A stretch of DNA of 63,701 nt, the filler included, from Pirum gemmata (lineage: Eukaryota), in assembly GCA_002812295.1 (NCBI GenBank). It is 29 parts of 29 records of this genome, joined end to end, with 100 filler letters (N's around TTAATTAATTAA, not from the genome) between each part and the next. Parts side by side here need not be neighbours in the genome. Positions count along the whole stretch, not along the records: positions 35,708 to 37,760 come from PDIN01008758.1; positions 37,861 to 39,891 come from PDIN01008759.1; positions 39,992 to 42,052 come from PDIN01008760.1; positions 42,153 to 44,236 come from PDIN01008761.1; positions 44,337 to 47,244 come from PDIN01008762.1; positions 47,345 to 49,401 come from PDIN01008763.1; 23 more parts are not named here. One strand, written 5' to 3'. A model generated the notes under the pieces. That model was not told the DNA's origin. It made no database searches and saw only the letters and a program-made list of their open reading frames with translations. Within the stretch, counting starts at the first letter, position 1; the number at the start of each line of letters is the position of its first letter. The position numbers and the translations under genes are program-made. Positions 35,608 to 48,602 of this stretch are shown here, one piece after another.

Positions 35608-37970
35608 NNNNNNNNNNNNNNNNNNNNNNNNNNNNNNNNNNNNNNNNNNNNTTAATTAATTAANNNNNNNNNNNNNNNNNNNNNNNNNNNNNNNNNNNNN
35701 NNNNNNNAATGGTGTTTTTCCTCTCGAACTCGATCAATAATTAATTTTTTGAAAAAAAAAAAAAAAAAAGGAGATTGATTCTACCCTACCACTATAAAAA
35801 TATAACCTCAAAATATTCAAACCTATGTATTTATTAATAAACTCGAAAACATTAATTTCGAACAGACAAACAGACCAGAAATTCCATCGAGCTTTTCGGG
35901 GCAGAAAGCAGAAATAGAAAGTCGAGTTTTAGGGGCAGAATTCGGAGAAGTCTAATACCAGTAGTCGTCGGTAAAGTCGATACTAGCTAGGCCTTCGATA
36001 CTGCATCGTCTATTTCATTTTACTTGTCCTCTCGATCTTTAATTTGGTATTGTTTAAGTGTATAATTGAACTTGTTTGTAAAATAAATCTTTAAGTATAA
36101 AATAGATAATTTATTAACCATAATAATAATTGGGTAGGTTTTAAAATTTCTCTTTAATAAATTGGTAGTTTCTAAATTAGTCATAGTTCAGCCTACTCTT
36201 ATATTTTAAAAAAAAAAAAAAATTCTGAAAAAAAAAAAAATTCTGAAAAAAAAAAAAATTTAAAAAAAAANNNNNNNNNNNNNNNNNNNNNNNNNNNNNN
36301 NNNNNNNNNNNNNNNNNNNNNNNNNNNNNNNNNNNNNNNNNNNNNNNNNNNNNNNNNNNNNNNNNNNNNNNNNNNNNNNNNNNNNNNNNNNNNNNNNNNN
36401 NNNNNNNNNNNNNNNNCCCTACCCCTTGACGTTAATTTCCGGTCAAATACCACCTACCTACCTACCCCTTGACGTGACGTATTATCTCGCTTTCTAAAGA
36501 AAATTAGAACAGGCGCTGGTCGCATTTATTTTTAAAAAATAAATAATTGCTTATCAAAGAAGATGACGCTGGTGTTTCTGTGAGCTGGTCACTCTACACA
36601 TATTTTAAAAATTTTATCATATATTTATGATAATAATATCATAATACTAGCTAGTAGAATAATAAAAATAATAATAATATTTATAATAATAATAATTATT
36701 ATTAATATTATTATTAATATTAATATTATAATTATTTAAAAATACGAGACCAGCAAGGAGTCTCTGCACTGGAGTCTCTGCAAGACTCTGCCGGCCCAGC
36801 GGTGCCGGGTGAGTCTGCCTCAAGGTCCGAGGACTGTGGGGTTCACCTAGTGGGGTTCACCCTTGCGCTTTTCATTTATTTTGTCATTTCGAATATTTAT
36901 TTGGCTGTTTATAATATATAAATTGATACTTTTAAATAAACAAATTATTAATTATGAAATTTTCGAGCCGCCAGAAACAAAATTTGACCGTTTTTCAAAA
37001 GTTGGTAGTTTTTCGGTGTAATGCACCATACTATTTTCATTTTTTTTCTCAAAGGTTTATACGTCACGTCAAGAGGTAGGTAGGTAGGTGGTATTTGACC
37101 GGAAATTAACGTCGAGAGGTAGGTAGGTAGGTGGTATTTGACCGGAAATTAACGTCGAGGGGTAACGCTCCCCACCTTTTTTTCGCTGTTTTTTAGACTC
37201 AGTCAGAAAATAAATTGGTAAGTATTTGAGCTATTAAAAAATGACTAACTGTATGTATTTTTTTTTTTTTGGTTGTCTAAAAAAAAATTAGGTGCAAAAA
37301 TACATTTCAGGAGCGCTATTCGAAGTGGATTCCACAAGTTATCACACAATGAATGATGAATAATAAGAGTAGGGGTGAGATATCTACTGGAACTTTTTTC
37401 GAACAGATGCTTATCGAACCAACCTTAGTTACGTGTTTTTACTAATAATAGCCATAAAATCGGAAAAGTTCCGGCAGCTGTTCGGTAATAATAAAATGAC
37501 GTCATCTCACCCCTACTTCTATAAGTGATGAATAAATAATAAATATTACATTATATGAATATAATATAACAAATCTAGAATAACAAATATTATTTTGCTT
37601 CAGAGCAGTTCGAGTACATAATCATATAATTCATATTCGAGTGTTATAAATAAAATTTAAAAAAAAAATGAACTGGCTAGTCTATCATAAACGCGAACGA
37701 ACTGGCTAAACGAACTTTTAGGCTAACGTTTTAACCCTAACCCTAACCCTAACCCTAACCNNNNNNNNNNNNNNNNNNNNNNNNNNNNNNNNNNNNNNNN
37801 NNNNTTAATTAATTAANNNNNNNNNNNNNNNNNNNNNNNNNNNNNNNNNNNNNNNNNNNNTATTATTATTATTATTATTATTGTTGTTGTTGTTTTCTTT
37901 TCTCCTTATAATTGGAAAGCATTTTTATTAATGATATTATTTTTCTTATTTTTATGAATAATAAATATAG

Positions 37971-39891
37971 CCCTATTCACCAAAATTAAAATTAGTGAAA
38001 GTGGAAACAGAAATTTTAAACGATTTAGATAAATTACAAGATAGTTTAGAGGTAACTAATATTTCTACACCTCCTACTATCAACACTAAATACCAACGCA
38101 AATTTCAAGATAGTTTGGAAATCCAAGAAAATCTTGAAAAGTCGGTATCAAAAGTAAATACGGTGTATGAGGGTTGTTTGCAGGAAAGTTTAGAAGCTAG
38201 CAATAAACAAAGTATGCTGTCTAATAAAAAAACCCCGAGGAGTACCAATAACAAAGGTAATAATAATAATAATGAAAACAACAGCGAAAGTAATAGTCAT
38301 ATCTATAGCAAGAACAATTATAGTGCTGATAATAATAATAATAGTAATAATAACATTGATAATAACAGTAATATCTATGATAATAACAGTGAAGCACAGG
38401 TAATTAGAGATAGTAATCTAGAGAGGAATTACAACCAAAATTATGATTATAACTATAACAGTAATTCGCACAATAATGGCTGTGCCACCGAGTCAACACC
38501 TTACAAACGCAAATCCCCGCCAAACCACCGTTTTAGGGAAAAGGGAAACAGATTAGGTGACGATTTGGCTATTAAAAAACGAGTAGTCGGAAGAAATCAC
38601 AGTAGTGGTCCTCTCACCAATGGTAATAATAATAATAATAGAATTCATAAAGAAAAAATAAGAACTTTTTTACAAAATGAAGGTCGACCTTTGAGTCGCA
38701 GTGGGAGTTTAGATTGTGTTCGCAATTTTGAAGAAAATGAAGAATTTAATTACAGCGAATTTAAAACTGTGCATAGTGAAGATGTTAAGGATCAAGATAA
38801 TTCTATAGTGAAAATTGTTGCAAATAGGAGTGCCAGTGACGAACATAAAAAAAGTAGCCGTGGTAGTAATATAAATGCAAGTTATGAATACAGCAACCAT
38901 AGAAATAGAAACAATGCGAATAATGCCGAAAATTGCAGTAATAGCGCAATGGAATTGGAGGATGGAATGGATCGTGGTGTCAATAATAGAAAAAATTATA
39001 GGAATTACAACAATAATTACAACCGTGTTAGTAATAGGTCTATAAATAATGATAATCGTATAGACAATAACAACTACAATAATAACAGTAATCCAAAATT
39101 AAACGTAAACTATAGCAATGCAACAAAATCCCCAGCAAACCGAGCCAAAAGTTATCAAGAAGTTTTGCAAATGTCAGATGAAATACAAGATAGAATTTGC
39201 TCAATGAATAGTAGTAGTGGTGGTGGTGGTGGTGGTGGTAATGAAAGTTCTAATACTGATAATAATAGCAGTAGCAGGAGTTTGGTTGATAATGAAAGCA
39301 ACAAAAGTTTAGTAGTAAGTTCTACAGATTTAAAGAGCACAAAGAGTGATATCAAAAATGCGGCTGCCATAGCTGATGCTGTTCAGAATGAGGTGTGTGC
39401 TATAAGTAATGGTAATACCCCGGACTCAAAACCCCAGCGACCTATTCCTACAACATTGGCCGCAGATGCTATTCAGGATGAGATAGAAAATTTAGATACT
39501 AATAATAAGGAACCAGTTTACGATCCTTACACCAATACTTACCATTATGGTAAAGATAATAATAACGATAACAATAACAATAGTAATAATAATGATAACA
39601 ATAATAGTGATCATAGTAGTTATCATAATATTAATCAAGGGATTTATGAAAGGAGTGGGCCACCAGTTAATGGGTATGGTGATGCTAAAAGTAAAAACAC
39701 TAGTAGTAGTAGTGTTTTGTATAGTAATAGATATAAGTATAGTCAGGATGATGATCAAGAGAACAATCGGCAAACATACCGGCGTAGTACTACGCCTCCT
39801 GTTGCAATTGACATAACTCATAATAGTAATAGTCAACAATCCTACCGTACACCATATCGCCAACAACAACAACAACAACAACAACAACAAC
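37971..39891 (+). CDS. Large internal exon of an Asn/Ser-rich disordered protein
   Basis: atag| acceptor in frame with the 640-codon ORF; runs into poly-Q at the gap. Confidence 0.8.
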
Positions 39892-40877
39892 NNNNNNNNN
39901 NNNNNNNNNNNNNNNNNNNNNNNNNNNNNNNNNNNTTAATTAATTAANNNNNNNNNNNNNNNNNNNNNNNNNNNNNNNNNNNNNNNNNNNNGATCTAGCA
40001 CCCTTTCTTTTTGTTTCGACATTTGACAGTGCTGGCAGCGGATCGAACCGATAAATTATTACTATCATATCATATCATAATAAATTCTTATTTTTTCCCA
40101 GGGTCTATCTACCAAATAGTCTAGTCTAGCTAGCTGAAAGTAGCCAAATGTGCCAACTCAAGTCACAAGTTCACAACTCACAAGTCATGTGGAAAAATGG
40201 ATAAAATGGGAAAAATAAAATATATTTATTACGTCATTATTTCGTTTGGTAAGGGAACAGCTAGGGAACATTAATTAATGACGTCATGTTTTACATAAAC
40301 TTTTTCAAGATTTCCTTGTAATTATTTTTAAAATTTGATATCGGAAGGTAGGAAGGGGTCTGCTTTATGATGATGTCATAAATGAATGTTCCCTAACCCT
40401 AACTACTTACGCTTGGAAACTGCTTGAATTATTAAAACATGCATTTCCTGTTTACAATGTGCAAAAGTACCAGCTAGCTTAGTAGTTGATTTAGGAGCAG
40501 TTCTGAATGATTTACAATAAAATGGAGTATTTCTTTATTTATTATTTTTTCTTTATATTTATTAAACTTTGTTTTTATTGTTTTTGTTTCAAATGGTAAT
40601 AATACCGTTGAATTTATAATATTTTAATTAACTGGGATATTATAATATTTATTTATTTGAGTTTTTTATTGTTTTTGTTTCAAATGGTAATAATACCGTT
40701 GATTTTGTGATATTAAGTGGAATTTTTTTCTTTTCCGTCTGCCGTGAGTACAGTGTATGTGAATGGTTAAACACTACAAAAGTGTGCGTATATTATCAGC
40801 TTCCAATCTGGAATTTTAATACTAGTTATTTTTGTGCGCGCATAGTACTGTTTGCATCTACTATTTGCAAATTGTAG

Positions 40878-41300
40878 CTACTGTTTTGCTTTGTATATGG
40901 TATCCCATCGAGGGAACTCTACTATACTATTATACAAATTCATCAGAGGCTTTAACTCTAGTGGTTTTAGTGGACCTAATATTTCATGCAAAGGCAATGG
41001 TGACTTTTGGTTTTTGGGTGTCAACAACATCATTTTTAGTTTTAAAAATGCTTTCATTGGAAGTGATATTTGTTGGGGGTTTGGACTTGTCACTTTGTCT
41101 TCACTCTTCTCATTTCTTTTTGAATTTTTGGTAGGTGGTAAAGACTGTGGTAATGATATTATTTTGTCAGTTTTATCATTAATCTTGCTTGAATTATTAT
41201 CCACGTTTAAAGAGTCAATGCTAACTGGAAGACTCACTCCATCAACAAAGTTGTTAGCTACATGGGCTGTAAAAAGCAAAAGTATAAATTTAGGATTCAT
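40878..41300 (-). CDS. Putative small secreted protein or decayed gene
   Basis: AAAATG and a hydrophobic N-terminus; the 3' half reads as plausibly in a shifted frame that contains stops. Confidence 0.35.
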   Translation of the reverse strand: MNPKFILLLFTAHVANNFVDGVSLPVSIDSLNVDNNSSKINDKTDKIISLPQSLPPTKNSKRNEKSEDKVTSPNPQQISLPMKAFLKLKMMLLTPKNQKSPLPLHEILGPLKPLELKPLMNLYNSIVEFPRWDTIYKAKQ

Positions 41301-41331
41301 TTTTAATTATTATTATTATTATATTAATAAA

Positions 41332-41367
<36 letters not shown>

Positions 41368-42730
41368 CAAAAATATAAAGTAGTTTTTTGTGTGTAATAA
41401 AAGCGTCGTTCCATTGAAGTTTTATTTACTATTTATATGCAATTTATTTTATTTTTATTTTACAATGTTATGTTGTTTTATTATTATTATTATTTTATTT
41501 TTTAATTTTTTAATTTTTTTTTATATTATTGTAAGTCACGTGACCCCGATCATGAATACTATTATTGATCTTTTCAAAATTCCACCAATCAAAAAGCTTT
41601 ACTTCTATTACTTTACCATATATAGTATGTTGCCCTGGCTCTACTAACTAAGAGTCTACTTCAATCTTATTTTTTTTTTGTATTCATTTACATAACTAAA
41701 AGGGTTAGGGTTATAGGGTGTTAGGACTAGTAGGGTTAGGACCGTTAGGGGCTGTTAGGGTTAGGGTTAGGGTTAGGGTTAGGGGTTAGGGTAAGGGTCA
41801 GGGTTAGGATTAAAGTGAGGTTTTTTTTGGAAATAATATCTTATTATGGAAATATCTGCGGCCAGAGTTAGCAGAGTTAGTAGCTACATTAGTAGTCACT
41901 TTAATCCTAACCCTGACCCTTACCCTAACCCTAACCCCTAACCCCTAACCCTAACCCTAACCCTAACAGTCCCTAACGGTCCTAACCCTACTAGTCCTAA
42001 CACCCTATAACTCTAACCCTTTTAGTTATATAAATGGATACAAAAAAAAAAANNNNNNNNNNNNNNNNNNNNNNNNNNNNNNNNNNNNNNNNNNNNTTAA
42101 TTAATTAANNNNNNNNNNNNNNNNNNNNNNNNNNNNNNNNNNNNNNNNNNNNCCCTAAATTAAATAACTGCTAATCCTAAACTTTTATGACAGGTCACTT
42201 TGTTGGCTAATGCAGTCGCTAGTAGACTCGCTACGTATACCAGCTGATGCATACTACTACTTTCATATTTATCAATGAGCTCAAGTTTTTTTTTTATATT
42301 TTTACATAACTCTGTTATAATATTATAATAATATTATAACTATCATAATAATTATTGTATTTATAGACGTAGACTAGCTCGAGTGTGTTGGCAAGGTCTG
42401 ACCGACTCTACTACTAGCTAGTAGTCTATGATATCTGATATGATAGAGTCATGCATGCATACACAGTCTCTCGGCGTCTCGCTCGTGGCTGCTGGTAGAC
42501 CCAGGGCTAGCTAGGGGGCGTACAAAATTAAAATTAAAATAGAACAATTAAGTAGACAGCAAATAAAATTAAAAATAAGATTAAAACAGGATGCAACTGA
42601 TATGGAAATCAAAAATTAAAATTAAAATGGAACAATTAATAAGTTAGAATAGCAATTAAAATTAAAATTAAAATTAAAAATACGAGGCCGATTGACACGG
42701 AAATTAAAAAATTAAAATTAAAATACGAAC

Positions 42731-42850
42731 CAACTGGCATTGCAATTAAATCGACTCCACCATGATCAGCAAAGTAAAAGAAAATTTTGTCGTGTTCATT
42801 ACTTTGCAAAACATTACGAGTTCCTTTATCTTTTAGCGCTTTTTTATTCC
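42731..42850 (-). CDS. Legumain / asparaginyl endopeptidase (C13) exon or fragment
   Basis: GNKKALKDKGTRNVLQSNEHDKIFFYFADHGGVDLIAMP matches the C13 catalytic-His region (VFIYFxDHG...LIAFP). Boundaries approximate. Confidence 0.8.
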
Positions 42851-43108
42851 CTTGCATTATGATACTTGAAACATTGTATCACCAGTACAACCATTATATA
42901 TTTCTTAATGATGATAAATAATAAAATAACATTAAGAATGAAGAAAGTTTCAAGAATGATTAAAGCAACCAAGAGAATCGATTCATAAGAACCACAAACA
43001 CAATATTCTGGCATTTTACTAAAATGATTAGAAAAATTAAATAAAATATTCATTTATTTTTAAAAATAAAAATTGATTATGTACTTTATTATGTATCATG
43101 TTTTTCAA

Positions 43109-43244
43109 TAGTGTTGTCCAGTTCAGCAACTGAAATAAACCATCATACCAAATTTTTATTATGGTCAAACTATCAGAAATGTTTTATTAAGTTCAATTAT
43201 ACATTTAAAAGCAGTACCAAAGTAAAGATTGAGAGGACAACTGT
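43109..43244. mobile_element. Dispersed repeat family F (tagtgttgtccagttc...gagaggacaactg)
   Basis: Related copies at ~20515-20620, ~36025-36100, ~48667-48840, ~52110-52240, ~56185-56352. Confidence 0.65.
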
Positions 43245-43517
43245 AATGAAATAGACGATGCATACATGATTATCGATATTATATTGTGCTTTTCATTTAT
43301 TTTATCACTCCGAATATTTATTTAGTTGGTTATGATGTTTAAATTGACTTTTTTAAATGAATAAATAGATAATAAAATATACCAATTAAATGAAATGGAT
43401 TTATATTGTATTAATTTGGTACTATTTATTGTATATTTTATGACGACAAATATCTAAAAAGCATGATACACACTATTTATTGTATATACATGACATTGTA
43501 CAGCAGTATTAATATTC

Positions 43518-43662
43518 GGGAGCGTTCAAATACTACGTAACGCCAATTTCCAGTCAAATACAGCTTCAAATACCCCTACCTACCTATCCCCCGACGTTAA
43601 TTTCCGGTCAAATACTACCTACCTACCTACCCTTTGACGTGACGTATTATTGGAACGCTCCC
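43518..43662. mobile_element. 145-bp MITE family E, 25-bp TIR, PIF/Harbinger-like ends
   Basis: GGGAGCGTTCAAATACTACGTAACG versus reverse complement of right end GGGAGCGTTCCAATAATACGTCACG (3 mismatches); internal (TACC)n; copies at ~21810-21939, 36418-36484, 37059-37172. Confidence 0.85.
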
Positions 43663-44377
43663 TTACCAATAATGGTTCACATGTTGGTGGTATCTCAACA
43701 AAACTCATAAAAAGAGTTTTCAGTTTTTTTAACTAGTTTTCAGTTTTTTTTACTAGTTTTCTACTATTTTTCTACTATAAATATTTCTCTTTTCTTTTCT
43801 TCTGGTTTTTTTATTCTAAAAAAGTTAAAATGTTACAATTCCGACGGTCGCTTTCACATCTTTCATTTTACTTGCTACATAATGATGCGACATCATGCAG
43901 ATGCCAGATGCAGATGCGTATTTTTGAACAAGTCCAACAAGTCTAGTCCAACAAATCAGTTGAAGTTTTGAACCTTTTGAAAACTTGTTGAAGTCACTAA
44001 TAAAGTCAAAGATATGAATCAAATTATTAGAGCATGCCTCTATATATAGATATCAGACTATGATATGTACTCATGATAATTATATCACTGGGCTTTAAAA
44101 TTAGCTGATATATTGTGCTTTTCATTTATTTTGTCACTCCAAATATGTAATTAGTTGGTTATAATATTTAAATTGATAATTTTAAATAAATAAATATATA
44201 ATAAAATATACCAAATTAAATGAAATGGATTATGATNNNNNNNNNNNNNNNNNNNNNNNNNNNNNNNNNNNNNNNNNNNNTTAATTAATTAANNNNNNNN
44301 NNNNNNNNNNNNNNNNNNNNNNNNNNNNNNNNNNNNAATAATAATAATAATAATAATAAGTTAGGTAATCAAATTAC

Positions 44378-45000
44378 CGTTACACGACAGTACATTGTCT
44401 CTTCCATCACAAAGACCATGCGCAGCTATTATATCTGTTTTACAAGCTGTTTCAAATAAAAATTGGATAAATAATAGATTGACTAGCATAGAGTCAATAT
44501 AATCTTAAACCTAACGCTAACGCTAATGCTAACAAAACCAAACCAAACACCCCACCACCACCACCTTAACCACCACACTCACCACCACCACCACCTTAAC
44601 ACACATTCACCACCACACCCACCACCACCGCCATCACTGCAGCCACAACAACAATCACCTCCACACTAAACCACAGTCACAACCACAACCACACCACGAC
44701 AACCACGACAACCACCCCCAACCTCAGCCAAAGCCAAATCTAAAATCAAAATTCACCACCATCACTACAACAATAACATGAGCAAAAAAAATAAAAACAC
44801 TCACTCAAACACTGTTCTGTCTCGTGTCCTACCGGGTTTTCATAGGCAGTACTTATACATTTCGTTAGATTAAGATCTAAATCATCAGGATTAAAATTGG
44901 TGAAATCGTAATTGTCATAATCATCTATAGCAGATTTCACTACCACTTGAAACAGTAAAAGAAGACTAAGGAGCAGTAGAGTTTTAATGTTTTGATTCAT
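44378..45000 (-). CDS. Secreted Cys-rich repeat protein, exons 45000-44805 and 44446-44378, 3' truncated
   Basis: Signal peptide MNQNIKTLLLLSLLLLFQVVVKS; phase-1 intron; TCKTDIIAAHGLCDGRDNVLSCN. Confidence 0.8.
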
Positions 45001-45157
45001 TTTTTTGTTTTTTTTTTTTCTTAAATCAAATTTTGCTATTTGTAATGTATATAATAATTGCTATCAAAATATTTCTATTGTTATTCCATTGTATGATTTT
45101 TTATTTATATTTGATTATTATTATCATTATAATTAATAATATGTTACTTGTGTTTAA

Positions 45158-45190
<33 letters not shown>

Positions 45191-45229
45191 CAGTGTTTCT
45201 TGTTTTATGCTTTGTTTTTCTATTTTTAA

Positions 45230-45386
45230 TCAGTGTTGTTGTGGTTGTTGTGGTTGTTGACCTACAGTGTAATGCTGATAATTTCAAAATTAATTATTAT
45301 GATTTGAAAGTGAAAATAGATAATATTATACTACAGTTGAAATAAAATAATGATAAATAAGGATGATAATAATTATAATTATAATN

Positions 45387-45438
<52 letters not shown>

Positions 45439-47234
45439 ATAATAATAATAATAATAGTAATAGTATTAATAATATTAATAGTAGTAATAATAGTTATACA
45501 AGTAGCTATAGTAATAGTAACAATATAGTGATAACAACTAATTACCTTGACATTGCTTGGTAAGTGATAAGTGATAACCGCTTTCACAACTTGTACAATT
45601 AATGTATGAAAAATTGCTATTACCCAGGTCAAAATAACAACCTTCAACATTTGCATATGATCCACCTAAACAATGACCTGCTACTGCCACTGTACTATGT
45701 TTACAATCTATATGGGCGAGGGTTAGCGTTAGCGTTAGCGTTAGCGTTAGCGTTACGGTTAGCGTTAGGGTTAGGGTTAGGGTTAGGGTTAGGGTTAGGG
45801 TTAGGGTTAGGGTTAGGGTTAGGGTTAGGGTTAGGGTTAGGGTTAGGGTTAGGGTTAGGGTTAGGGTTAGGGTTAGGGTTAGGGTTAGGGTTAGGGTTAG
45901 GATTAGAGTTAGTGTTAAGGTTTAGATTTTAGAGTTAAAGCTTGGTTTAGGGTTTAGGGTTTAGGGTTTAAGGTTTAAGGTTTAGGGTTACAAATAGGGT
46001 TAGAGTTAGATTTAGGGTTAGCGTTAGGGTTAGAGTTAGGGTTAGTGTTAGGGTTAGGGTTTGGGTATAGGGTTAGGTTCCACGGTTAGGGTTTAGGGTT
46101 TAGGGTTTAAGGCTATAATTTAGGGTTAGGGTTGGGGCTAAAGTTAGGGTTAGGGTAAAATACGTAACCTTGACAAAAGCCTTCCGAGGTATGATCTAAA
46201 TAATGACCAGGTTCACATTCAGTACAAGTTATATTTTCTAATCCTGTTAATAAGTATTAGGGGTTAGAGTTAGAGTTAGGGTTAGGTTTAAGTTGTTATC
46301 GGTGATAATGATATTAATATATTTATTTGTTATTTATTATTAGTTATTTGTTAGTTATTATTTTTTTATTTATTATTTGTTGTTTTTTAATATTATGATA
46401 TTTTTCTATTTTTATATTGTTATATTGTAATATTGTTATATTGTTACATTGTAATATTGTTATATTTACATTGTTTTATTGTTTTATTGTTATATGTTAT
46501 ATGTTATATTGTTATATTGTTATATTGTTATATTGTTATATTGTTATATTGTTATATTGTTATATTACCATAATATTATATTGTTATATTGTTATACTGT
46601 TATAGTTATATATATTATTATATTTACCATTCCAGTTCTCACAATTAATCACATCTTCAACAGTATTACAAAAACCTTTTTCTCGGACAGACTCTTTTTT
46701 GCAAGCTTAAGTAATTAATAAAAAATATTTTAGGGTTAGGGTAAAGGTTACGGTTACGGTTAGGGTTAGGGTTAGGTTTAGGTTTAGGATTAGGGTTAGG
46801 GTTAGCGTTAGGGTTAGGGTTAGGGTTAGGGTTAGGGTTAAAGTTAGGGTTAGGGTTAGGGTTAGGGTTAGGGTTAGGGTTAGGGTTAGGGTTAGGGTAA
46901 GGGTAAGGGTAAGTGTTAGGGTTAGGGTAAGAGTTAGGGTTAGGGTTAGGGTTAGGGTTAGTGTTAGAATAATATTCGGTTATTATATTTTTGTAATGCG
47001 TTGTATTTAATTTTACGTTCCCGATAGTTTTCTTGGGTTTGGGTTAGCGTTAGCGTTAGCGTTAGAGTAAGGGTTAGGGATTGTATGTATTTAATTTACA
47101 TTCACAATAGTTTTCGTGGTTAGCATATAATCCCGTAAAACATTTTGAACACTTAACATCCTTTGTACCGCTACTACCAGAACAAGAAATAACTTCTGTT
47201 TTACCATCACAGTTACCAGCTACTCTTACATGCT
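45230..47234 (-). CDS. Cys-rich CxxC-repeat protein, 3' exons 47234-47100, 46705-46628, 46243-46169, 45707-45546, 45261-45230
   Basis: Internal exons are 135, 78, 75 and 162 nt, all phase 1-1 with GT-AG. Reads ...[11 protein letters not shown]...[11 protein letters not shown]...[11 protein letters not shown]...[12 protein letters not shown]. Confidence 0.85.
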
Positions 47235-48488
47235 CTAAAAAACANNNNNNNNNNNNNNNNNNNNNNNNNNNNNNNNNNNNNNNNNNNNTTAATTAATTAA
47301 NNNNNNNNNNNNNNNNNNNNNNNNNNNNNNNNNNNNNNNNNNNNGTATTATTATTATTATTATTAATTATTATTATTATTATTATTATTATTATTGATGT
47401 TGTTGTTTTGTTATTATTATCGTTGTGAATAATTAATTTTTATTATTATAATAAATTTTACTTTTTGTTTGTTTTTTGTATGTAGGTCAAATATTTGTAT
47501 TAATTCCTATGACGTCATTTTTATTAAAAACAATTTGATGACGAAATGATCAAATAATAATATTCGATCAGTATTTCGATCTTATTATTAATTACTGAAT
47601 ACTTTTTCAATCAATTATGTATCGATTCGAATAATTAAATAAATGACGTAATTTTATCTAATCAAATTATGACGTCATTATTACAACTTTCCTGCTCAAT
47701 TTTTATCTGTAATACTTTGTAGTCTTGGAGAGGGCTGTGGAAAAAATCATCGAATCGAGATTAGTTCGAAATTTTCAAAAATTTTCGATCTAATTTCAAA
47801 TATTTGACTCAATTTTGTTTTCATTAAAAAATTCTTAAAAAATTCTAAGAAATTTCATAGAAAAATCTTGAAACTCGAAAAAAAAGAATATCATTTCAAA
47901 AGTGTCACTATTTAATTATTAGGATCGAGCTGTTTGATTCGATTATGTTTTCCCGTATCTCCCTTAGCTAAGACTACCCTGTTTTTTGACAACCACTGAA
48001 CTGACCCTATCAGATGAAAATATCGATAGTAAGTAAGGGTTAGGGTTACCGTTACGGTTACGGTTAGGTTAGGGTTAGGGTTAGGGTTGGGGTTAGGGTT
48101 GGGGTTAGGGTTAGGGTTAGGGTTAGGGTTCGGGTTAGGGTTAGGGTTAGTTAGGGTTAGGGTTAGTTAGGGTTAGGGTTAGGGTTAGGGTTAGGGTTAG
48201 GTGATAACTTGTTTTATTACTTTCCTACTATTGTGCTTTTCAGTGGTTTTGTCATCATAAAATAAACAATAAATAGTACGAAATTAATACAATATAAATC
48301 CTTTTAATTTAATTTGGCATATTTTATTATTTGTGTATTTATTTAAAAATGTCAATTTAAAGATTACAACCCTCCAAATAAATATTCAGAGTGATAAAAT
48401 AAAAATGAAAAAGGACGATAAATTATTATGAAAATTGCAATTAGAATCAACTAATTATCGCCCATTTCACTAGGCCCATTTCATTACA

Positions 48489-48602
48489 ATGAAATGTTCT
48501 GTTTGTAAGAAACGGAAAACAGGTTGGTGTTGTATTACCTGTTCTACATCTCAAAAAGTTGTAGCATTATGTAACCCTGAGCGTGTAAATGCATGTTCAT
48601 AA
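48489..48602 (+). mobile_element. Remnant of a piggyBac-type transposase C-terminal Cys-rich domain
   Basis: MKCSVCKKRKTGWCCITCSTSQKVVALCNPERVNAC fits the CxxC...TxWxCxxC...VxLC...C pattern; no DDD core in the fragment. Confidence 0.6.

Noticed and set aside
43825..44022. 65-aa minus-strand ORF
   Set aside because: No recognisable motif or clear splice signals; insufficient support.
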